Source: Candidatus Multivorans sp. (GTDB taxonomy: Bacteria; Acidobacteriota; Thermoanaerobaculia; Multivoradales; Multivoraceae). Taken from it: a stretch of 64,000 bases of DNA. A program made the position numbers and the translations under genes. The notes under the pieces are model-generated. The model was not told the DNA's origin and did not search any database. It saw nothing but the letters and a program-made list of their open reading frames with translations. The stretch covers positions 3,040,001-3,104,000 of the forward strand of contig OZ251997.1 of the NCBI GenBank assembly GCA_965247095.1, written 5' to 3'. This document shows positions 18,181 through 25,699 of the stretch, piece by piece; within the stretch, counting starts at the first letter, position 1, and the number at the start of each line of letters is the position of its first letter.

Positions 18181-19638
18181 ATGGTCGCATCGTCTTCCGT
18201 CTCCGCCCCGGCGCTTCCGGGCTTCGATCAAGGCCTGGTGGCGGTGGTCAAGAAGGACTGTCCGACCTGCCAGTTGGTCGAACCCGTGCTGGACGAAGTC
18301 CGACGCCACCGGCCGGTCCTGGTCGTGACCCAGGACGATCCGGCCTTTCCGGCCTCGGGAGATCCCATCCACGACGCGGATCTCGTTCTCTCGCACCGGC
18401 TGGGGATCGAGATCGTGCCGACGCTGCTGTCGCGCGACGGCGGCGCCACGGTGGGCACGGCGATCGGCTGGAACCGGGAGCAGTGGCAGGACGTGAGCGG
18501 CCTGGACGGGCTGGGAACGGATCTGCCGCCGAGCCGTCCGGGCTGCGGCGCCCTGAACGTGGAACCGCGGCACGCCGAGCGGCTCGCGGCGCGGTTCGCG
18601 GGCGGCGGTTCGCGCCGGGTCGAGCTCGGCGACCAGGAAGACGATGTCGAGGCCTGCTTCGCGCGCGGCTGGACGGACGGTCTGCCGGTGGTGCCGCCGA
18701 CGCCCGAGCGGGTCGAGCGGATGCTTGCCGGCACGCGGCGCGGCCGCTCGGACATCCTCGGACTCGTGGCGCCCGACTACGGCGAATGCACGGTGGAGAA
18801 GGTCGCCGTCAACGCGGTGATGGCCGGCTGCCGTCCCGAGTACATGCCGGTGGTTCTGGCCGCGGTCGAGGCGGCGTTGACCGAAGAGTTCAACTGGCAC
18901 GGCCTGGCGGCCACGACGTATTTCGCCGGCCCCGTCGTCGTGGTGAACGGTCCGGTGACCTCCGCCATCGGCATGAACTCGAAGATGAACGTCCTGGGGC
19001 AGGGCAACCGGGCCAATTCGACCATCGGCCGCGCGCTTCAGCTCGTGCTGCGCAACGTCGGCGGCGCCCGGCCGGGCGAAGTGGATCGGGCCACGCTCGG
19101 CAATCCCGGCAAGCTCAGCTTCTGCTTCGCCGAGCGGGAGGACGACTCGCCCTGGGAGTCGCTGGCGGTGGAGCGGGGCATCCCTGAGGGCGCCTCCGCC
19201 GTGACCCTGTTCGCCGGCGAGGGACCCCGCGGCGTGGTCGATCAGTTGTCCCGCAGGCCGGAATCGTTGACCCGCTCGCTGGCGACGGCGCTTCTGAGCG
19301 TCGCCCACCACAAGCTGGTCGTCGGCTTCGACGCGATGCTGGTGGTGGGAGCGGAGCATGGCAATGTCTTCCGGCGGGCGGGCTGGGACAAGGCCAGGCT
19401 GCGCCGCGAACTCGACGGTCTCCTGGTGCGATCGGGCGCCGACCTGGTGCGCGGCGCCGGCGACTGCGACGAGGGGCTGCCCGAGAAGATGGCCGGCGCC
19501 CAGGTGCCGAAGTTTCGCAAGGGCGGGCTGCAACTGGTTCACGCCGGCGGCAACGCGGGACTGTTCTCCGCGGTGGTCGGCGGTTGGGTGAGCGGTCCGG
19601 TCGGCAGCCAGCCGGTCACGTGCACCGTGGGTGACTGA
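18181..19638 (+). CDS. Thioredoxin-like (CPTC) domain fused to a DGLPVVPPT-motif domain; UGSC-associated protein
   Basis: KKDCPTC, PGCG, GWTDGLPVVPPT, AVMAGC, NRANSTIGRAL; divergent from the UGSC gene with a 60-bp gap. Confidence 0.75.
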   Translation: MVASSSVSAPALPGFDQGLVAVVKKDCPTCQLVEPVLDEVRRHRPVLVVTQDDPAFPASGDPIHDADLVLSHRLGIEIVPTLLSRDGGATVGTAIGWNREQWQDVSGLDGLGTDLPPSRPGCGALNVEPRHAERLAARFAGGGSRRVELGDQEDDVEACFARGWTDGLPVVPPTPERVERMLAGTRRGRSDILGLVAPDYGECTVEKVAVNAVMAGCRPEYMPVVLAAVEAALTEEFNWHGLAATTYFAGPVVVVNGPVTSAIGMNSKMNVLGQGNRANSTIGRALQLVLRNVGGARPGEVDRATLGNPGKLSFCFAEREDDSPWESLAVERGIPEGASAVTLFAGEGPRGVVDQLSRRPESLTRSLATALLSVAHHKLVVGFDAMLVVGAEHGNVFRRAGWDKARLRRELDGLLVRSGADLVRGAGDCDEGLPEKMAGAQVPKFRKGGLQLVHAGGNAGLFSAVVGGWVSGPVGSQPVTCTVGD

Positions 19639-20314
19639 GCCGCCTCCGGGCTCTGATGTCGTGTCCACGCTGCTGATGGTTCGGCATGGCGAGAGCACGG
19701 CCAATCTCGCGCTCCGCTACACTTGGCACGACGATGAGCCGCTGACCGAACTGGGGCGCCGGCAGGCCCGCGAAACCGGCCGCCGACTCGCCGCGCGGTA
19801 CAGGCCCGCGCACCTGTACTGCAGCCGCTTTCACCGCGCCCGCCAGACCGCGGACGGAATCGCCGCCGAGGTCGGTCTGCCCGTGGTGGAGATCGACGGC
19901 ATCGAGGAGCGCTACTTCGGCGAACTCCGCGGCAAGCCCTGGACGGTCTACCGGGAGGTCGTGGCCGCTCTCGAGATCGAGCAGCTCTGGCATCACCGGG
20001 CGCCCGGCGGCGAGTCGCTCGTCGATGTCGCGGCGCGGGTCGCGCCGGTCGTATCCGGGTTGGCCGATCGCCACCCCGGAGAACAGGTGATCGTGGTTTC
20101 GCACGGCGGCGTAATGGCCGCGCTGCGGGCCTGGATCGCCGGAACCCAGGCGGCGCGTCCCGCGCCGGCTGTGAACCAACGCGCGCGCCCCGGGGGCGCA
20201 TGCGTTGGAACCTGGAAGAACCGGCCGACGCCGACGAAGAACGCGGACGGCTTCCGGCTCGACCGCGACGGCGCCGGGTGGTGTCCCCCGAAACCCCTCT
20301 TCGACGCACCCTGA
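19631..20314 (+). CDS. Histidine phosphatase (phosphoglycerate mutase family)
   Basis: VRHGES, RARQTA, PGGES, VSHGG; overlaps upstream gene. Confidence 0.88.
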   Translation: MTEPPPGSDVVSTLLMVRHGESTANLALRYTWHDDEPLTELGRRQARETGRRLAARYRPAHLYCSRFHRARQTADGIAAEVGLPVVEIDGIEERYFGELRGKPWTVYREVVAALEIEQLWHHRAPGGESLVDVAARVAPVVSGLADRHPGEQVIVVSHGGVMAALRAWIAGTQAARPAPAVNQRARPGGACVGTWKNRPTPTKNADGFRLDRDGAGWCPPKPLFDAP

Positions 20315-20490
20315 GGATGCCCCTACGGAATGCTCGACCTTGACACGATTCCAAGGGCTGCGCTAGAACAGACGGTTCCACTGTACGATTCGAGACCTTA
20401 CTTCTGCCGAATCGCGTGAGGCGCCCCCAAAGAGGGGGGCCGCATCGATTCGGTGACATCGCCGGCTGATGGAGAATCTGGAGGATAAGC

Positions 20491-21843
20491 TTGCGTACAC
20501 GAACCCTTGTGCTGCTCGGAGCCCTGTGCCTGCTGCCGGTGGTCGGTTGCGGTCCCGAGGTCCCCACCGTCAACATCACCACGATCGTGCCGCTGACGGG
20601 CGCCGCGGCCGTCTACGGCAAGGAGATCGCGAACGGCGTCCAGTTGCGCCACGAGCGGCTGATGGCCGGCGATGAAGGTCTCGGCTACAACGTGGTCCTC
20701 GAAACCGTCGACTCCGAGGGTGACCCGGCACAGGCTGCGGCGCTGCTGGAAACGGCGTTCGCCTCTTCGCTGGCAGCGATCGGCGGGGTCACGAGTGACG
20801 AGGCCTTGGCCATGGTGCCGATCGCCGACGACGCGGGGCGGGTTCTGGTCTCGCCCTCCGCATCGAGCCCCGAGCTGACCGGTGCTTCGGAGTTCTTCTA
20901 CCGGCTGTTCCCTAGCGCCGAAATTGAGGCGTCGACGATGGCCACCTTCCTCCGCGACCGGCTGAACGTGCGGCGGCTCGCCGTGGTGGCGGAGGACTCG
21001 GCCTTCGGCAGGTCGCTGGCCGATTCGGTGGAAGCGGTGTGGGGGACCGAACTCGCGGGCAGGGTGACCTTCACCCCCTCTTCCGATCAGAACGTGATGG
21101 TGCAAGATGCCCTGAGCTACGAGGCGGACGGAATCTACGTCGCGGCCTCCGGTTTGGCGCTTGCCGAAGCGATCCAGGCCCTGCGCCTCGCGGGCTTCGA
21201 GGGCCGTGGCAAGAGGCTTGCCACGAGTTCCTCGTTGAGCGTCAAGGCGGTGCTCGACGCAGCCGGCCCGGCGGCAAACGGCGTTTACCTCACGGCGCCG
21301 GTGTTCGACCCTGAGAGTCCGGACGAGCCGATGGCCTCGTTCGTTGCTGAGTACCGCGAGAAGTACACGGATGCAGCCGTCTGGACCAGCTACCAGGCAG
21401 CGCTGGCCGAAAACGAGCGCGCGAAGACGGCATTGGATGGCATGGACCTCCGCAGCGAGGGCCTGGGGGCCGCGAGGAGCGAGGCCGAGGCGGCGACCGA
21501 GGCGTTGACTGCGGCGGAAGAAACAGTGAACACCCCGAGCTACTTCGCCGGTCTCGGCTACGACGCCATGTCGGTCCTCATCGAGGCCCTCTCCGAGGTC
21601 GAGGTGATTGCCGTCCCGAGCGACTTCCTCAAGGGTATGAGGGCGGTGCGCGAACTCCAGGGCGTGGCCGGCAACATCCAGTTCCGGGAGACTGGGGACG
21701 TGCAGAAGTTCACCCGCATCTACGAAATCGTCGACGGCAAACCGGTCGACTTTGAGAAGTACTGGGAGAAGATTCGCCAGGAGCGGGTGCGGGAGTTGGA
21801 ACGGCTTCAGCAGCAGATCGAACGGATGAACAGGAACCAGTAG
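20491..21843 (+). CDS. Lipoprotein, LivK-type periplasmic binding protein family
   Basis: Lipobox-like VVGC, PLTGAAAVYG, SPSASSPELT, GYDAM; no adjacent permease. Confidence 0.8.
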   Translation: MRTRTLVLLGALCLLPVVGCGPEVPTVNITTIVPLTGAAAVYGKEIANGVQLRHERLMAGDEGLGYNVVLETVDSEGDPAQAAALLETAFASSLAAIGGVTSDEALAMVPIADDAGRVLVSPSASSPELTGASEFFYRLFPSAEIEASTMATFLRDRLNVRRLAVVAEDSAFGRSLADSVEAVWGTELAGRVTFTPSSDQNVMVQDALSYEADGIYVAASGLALAEAIQALRLAGFEGRGKRLATSSSLSVKAVLDAAGPAANGVYLTAPVFDPESPDEPMASFVAEYREKYTDAAVWTSYQAALAENERAKTALDGMDLRSEGLGAARSEAEAATEALTAAEETVNTPSYFAGLGYDAMSVLIEALSEVEVIAVPSDFLKGMRAVRELQGVAGNIQFRETGDVQKFTRIYEIVDGKPVDFEKYWEKIRQERVRELERLQQQIERMNRNQ

Positions 21844-21945
21844 GGGTCCTGAGGGGAACCAACTCCGATCGCTGCTAAACTGCGCCCCTCTCACCTACCG
21901 ACCGGTCGGCAGACAACTTTCTCGTAGACCAGGAGACCCGCTTTC

Positions 21946-23337
21946 ATGTCCGGAATCGTTCGTTACGGCAGCTACGTACCGTTCTTTCGCATCCAGCGGT
22001 CGGCCATGGGCGGCGGTCGCGGAGAGCGCGCTGCCGCGAGCTACGACGAAGACTCGGCCTCGATGGCGGTCGAGGCCTCGCGTGAGGCGCTGCGCGAGTT
22101 GCCCGACGGGGCCGCGGTGGACACCGTGGCGTTCGCCTCGACCAGCGCCCCGTACAGCGAAAAGCTGAACGCGGCGACGCTCCAGGCCGCAACGAACCTG
22201 CCCAAGTCGGTTGCGGCGCTCGATTTCGGCGGTTCGAGTCGCGCCGGGCTGTCGGCCCTGTTGGCGGGCCTGGACATGGCGGCGGCCGGTCGCACCGTCC
22301 TGGTGGCTGCCAGCGACGTGGTCGTCGGCGCCCCGAGCGGTCCGCGGGAGTCGGGCGGCGGCGACGCGGCGGCGGCCTTCGTCCTGGGCGGCGGCGAGCC
22401 GATCGCCCGCCTGATCGGCCGGGCTTCCTGCACCGAAGAGGTGCTCGACGTGTGGCAGAGCCCCGGCATGCCCTTCGCCAAGCAGTGGGAGGAGCGCTTC
22501 GGCGCCAGCATCTTCACGCCCCTGCTGGTCGACACGTTCGCCAGCGCTATCGCCTCTGCCGGAATGGCGGCCTCCGATCTCTCCAAGGTCGTGCTCGACG
22601 GCACGAACGCTCGCGTCTTCCGCGGTTTCATGCGCCCCTCCGGACTCGCTCCCACGCAGCTCGTCGACGGCATGGCGGGTACGGTGGGCCGCGCGGGCGC
22701 CGCCCACGCCGGTCTGGTGCTGGCGAGCGCGCTCGACGGTGCGTCGGCCGGCGACAAGATCGCCGTGGCCTGCGTTGCCGACGGAGTGGATGTGGCCGTG
22801 TTCGAGGTCACCGACGCGATCGACGACGGCCGGCCCAAGCACACCGTGGCGTCCTGGCTCGAGTCCAAGCGCGACGACCTCGCCTACACGGCGTACCTCA
22901 AGTGGCGCGACGTGCTGCCCTTCGAGCCGCCGCGGCGCCCCGATCCCGATCGGCCGGCGGCGCCGCCGATGCAGCGCGCCGAACGCTGGAAGTTCGGTTT
23001 CCTGGGCTCGCGCTGCAATCGCTGCGGCAACACGAACCTGCCGCCGCAGCGCGTGTGCGTCGTCTGCCAGGCGGTCGATGATTCCACGATCGAGTCCTAC
23101 GCCGACGGCGAATGCCGGATCAGCACCTACACGCTGGACCGGCTCGCCTACTCCCTGCAGCCGCCCGTCGTCGGTGCGGTGGTCGACTTCGACAAGGGCG
23201 GCAGGATGCTCTGCCAGCTCACCGACGTCGATCCGGACAAGGTGGCGATCGGTGACGAGTTGGAAATGACATTCCGCCGCCTGTACACTGCTGGGGGCGT
23301 ACACAACTACTTCTGGAAGGCGCGCCCGAGGCGCTGA
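21946..23337 (+). CDS. HMG-CoA-synthase-like domain fused to DUF35 (Zn ribbon + OB fold)
   Basis: YGSYVP, DEDSASMAVEA, GGDAAAAF; C-terminal CNRC...CVVC and FRRL...YFWKARP. Confidence 0.85.
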   Translation: MSGIVRYGSYVPFFRIQRSAMGGGRGERAAASYDEDSASMAVEASREALRELPDGAAVDTVAFASTSAPYSEKLNAATLQAATNLPKSVAALDFGGSSRAGLSALLAGLDMAAAGRTVLVAASDVVVGAPSGPRESGGGDAAAAFVLGGGEPIARLIGRASCTEEVLDVWQSPGMPFAKQWEERFGASIFTPLLVDTFASAIASAGMAASDLSKVVLDGTNARVFRGFMRPSGLAPTQLVDGMAGTVGRAGAAHAGLVLASALDGASAGDKIAVACVADGVDVAVFEVTDAIDDGRPKHTVASWLESKRDDLAYTAYLKWRDVLPFEPPRRPDPDRPAAPPMQRAERWKFGFLGSRCNRCGNTNLPPQRVCVVCQAVDDSTIESYADGECRISTYTLDRLAYSLQPPVVGAVVDFDKGGRMLCQLTDVDPDKVAIGDELEMTFRRLYTAGGVHNYFWKARPRR

Positions 23338-23388
23338 AGATTCGATACGGAGAGACGGACCCGTTCGAGGAACGACCAAGGAGCACCA

Positions 23389-24564
23389 ATGGCCAGCAAG
23401 GGAATCTGTGATCGCGTAGCCATCGTCGGTATGGGCTGCACCAAGTTCGGCGAACACTGGGACCGCAGCACCAGCGATCTGCTGGTCGATGCCGTGCAGG
23501 ATGCCTACGGCTCCGGCGGGGTCGAGCCCGACAACGTCGACGCCTACTGGCTCGGCACCACCGGCAGCGGCATCTCCGGCCTGACCCTGTCCGAGCCGCT
23601 CAAGATCCAGTACAAGCCGGTGACCCGGCTTGAGAACATGTGCGCCACCGGCAGCGAGGCGATGCGCAACGCCGCCTACGCCGTTGCTTCGGGCGCCTAC
23701 GACCTGGTCATGGCGGTCGGCGTCGAGAAGCTGAAGGACTCCGGGTTCTCCGGTCTCACCGGCAGTGCCCCTCCGGGCGACGGCACCGAGTCCGGTATGA
23801 CCGCGCCGGCGAACTTCTCGCTCCTGGCGCCCGCGTACGCCGAGAAGTACGGCGTCGACCTGGAGACGATGCGCGACGTGCTCACCCGCATCGCCTACAA
23901 GAACCACTACAACGGCGCCCGCAACGAGAAGGCGCAGTACCAGCGGGAAGTGCCGGTCGAGAAGATCAACTCCTCGCCGAAGATCGCCGGCATGCTGGGC
24001 ATCATGGACTGCTCGGGTGTCTCCGACGGCGCCGCGGCGGCGGTGATCTGCCGCGCCGAGGATGCCCACAAGTACAACGACAACCCGATCTTCATCAAGG
24101 CGCTGTCGTTCGTGGCCGGTCCGGCCGAGGGCGCCAAGCGGCAGGACTACGACTTCACCACCTTCCCCGAGGTCGTCGAGAGCGCCCGGGACGCCTACGA
24201 GCAGGCCGGCATCCAGGATGCGCGCGAGCAGATCAGCATGGCGGAGGTCCACGACTGCTTCACGCCGACCGAGCTGGTGCTCATGGAGGACCTCGGGTTC
24301 TCGCCGCGCGGCCAGGCGTGGAAGGACACGATGGACGGCCGCTTCGATCTCGACGGCGACCAGCCGGTCAATCCGGACGGGGGCCTCAAGAGCTTCGGCC
24401 ATCCGATCGGCGCCTCCGGCCTGCGGATGATGTACGAAATGTGGCTGCAGCTCCGCGGCGAGGCCGGTGAGCGTCAGATCGCCGATCCCAAGCTCGGCCT
24501 GACCCACAACCTCGGCGGCGCCCCTGGCCGCTGCGTCAGCTTCGTCTCGGTGGTCGGCTTGTAA
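23389..24564 (+). CDS. Thiolase, SCP2/PhlC-type
   Basis: ENMCATGS catalytic Cys, EVHDCF, GHPIGASG, HNLGG. Confidence 0.9.
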   Translation: MASKGICDRVAIVGMGCTKFGEHWDRSTSDLLVDAVQDAYGSGGVEPDNVDAYWLGTTGSGISGLTLSEPLKIQYKPVTRLENMCATGSEAMRNAAYAVASGAYDLVMAVGVEKLKDSGFSGLTGSAPPGDGTESGMTAPANFSLLAPAYAEKYGVDLETMRDVLTRIAYKNHYNGARNEKAQYQREVPVEKINSSPKIAGMLGIMDCSGVSDGAAAAVICRAEDAHKYNDNPIFIKALSFVAGPAEGAKRQDYDFTTFPEVVESARDAYEQAGIQDAREQISMAEVHDCFTPTELVLMEDLGFSPRGQAWKDTMDGRFDLDGDQPVNPDGGLKSFGHPIGASGLRMMYEMWLQLRGEAGERQIADPKLGLTHNLGGAPGRCVSFVSVVGL

Positions 24565-24600
24565 GGCCCGTTGCAGAGACGACCCCGTGGGTTGAAACAC

Positions 24601-24637
24601 AACGACCCCGCCGGTTTTTCGGCGGGGTCGTTTGTGT
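24601..24637. terminator. Intrinsic terminator hairpin after thiolase
   Basis: AACGACCCCGCCG-GTTTTT-CGGCGGGGTCGTT 13-bp stem followed by T-rich TGTGTCTT. Confidence 0.8.
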
Positions 24638-24716
24638 CTTGGTGACTCCTGCGCGGGCGCTGGTACCCTCAGTCATACAGCCGTTGTGTGCGGCTCAACG
24701 ATCTGGAGTAACGACC

Positions 24717-25679
24717 ATGGCGCGCAGTGATCTCCTCCTAGCGCTCGTGAAGGCGAGTTCGCAGGGCGACCAGGTGCGTGCTCAAGCAGCCGTTGAGGCG
24801 ATCATCGCCGAAGAGAGGGCTAAGCGCCATCACGTCCTCGCGGACCGGTTGGAGGCGGTGCTCCGAGCCAACGGCCACCGGGGCGCTGCCAAGTTCCTGT
24901 CCGGTGGTCGTCAGGTGCATCGGTGCCTAATCGAGCTTGCACCTCGGCGCCGGCTCTCTGACCTCGTGCTCTCGGGTCCGAACCGTCGTGCCTGCCGAGA
25001 ACTCATTGAAGAACAGCACCGAGCATCGGTGCTGCGCGCCCACTCGATCGAGCCTCGCCACCGAGTCCTCTTGGTCGGCCCCCCGGGCAACGGCAAGACG
25101 TCCCTCGCTGAGGCCATCGCGGAGGCGCTTGCCGTTCCCTTCCTCGTCGTCCGCTACGAAGGTCTGATAGGTAGCTTCCTGGGCGAGACCGCCGCGCGTC
25201 TGAAGCACGTCTTCGAGTCCGCCCGGACCACACCGTGCGTCCTTTTCTTTGACGAGTTCGATGCTATTGGTAAGGAACGAGGCGACACCCATGAAACGGG
25301 AGAGATCAAGCGCGTCGTGTCTACCTTGCTGATGCAGACGGACGAGTTACCCAGCTACACCGTGGTTGTGGCCGCTTCGAACCATGCCGAACTCCTCGAC
25401 CGCGCTGCTTGGCGGCGATTTCAGCTCCGCCTTAGCCTAGACCCCCCCACGCCCAAAGCCCTCGCCGGGTACATCGCGCGCTTCGCCTCTTCTCTGCCCG
25501 AGCCCTTGGGCTACACCCCAGAGACACTGGCTCAGGAGCTCGGCCCAGTCAGCTACGCCGAAGCCGAGGAGTTCTGCCGTGACATTCGGCGGCGGCAGGT
25601 TCTCGCCATGGGCGAAGTCTCTGCCCAGGAGATTGTCAGAGAGCGCCTCGGTCAATGGCGTGAGCGGGCGAACGCGTAG
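24717..25679 (+). CDS. AAA+ ATPase, IetA-like
   Basis: MARSDLLLALVKA...EERAKRH N-terminus; GPPGNGKTSLA, FFDEFD, ASNH, LDRAAWRRF. Confidence 0.85.
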   Translation: MARSDLLLALVKASSQGDQVRAQAAVEAIIAEERAKRHHVLADRLEAVLRANGHRGAAKFLSGGRQVHRCLIELAPRRRLSDLVLSGPNRRACRELIEEQHRASVLRAHSIEPRHRVLLVGPPGNGKTSLAEAIAEALAVPFLVVRYEGLIGSFLGETAARLKHVFESARTTPCVLFFDEFDAIGKERGDTHETGEIKRVVSTLLMQTDELPSYTVVVAASNHAELLDRAAWRRFQLRLSLDPPTPKALAGYIARFASSLPEPLGYTPETLAQELGPVSYAEAEEFCRDIRRRQVLAMGEVSAQEIVRERLGQWRERANA

Positions 25680-25699
25680 TCGGAAGGCGGGGACACGGT

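Noticed and set aside
20408-20453. Riboswitch in the leader of the binding-protein gene
   Set aside because: A hairpin exists (GAATCG...CCCCC-AAAGA-GGGGG...CGATTC), but I cannot match it to any riboswitch consensus; needs an Rfam scan.
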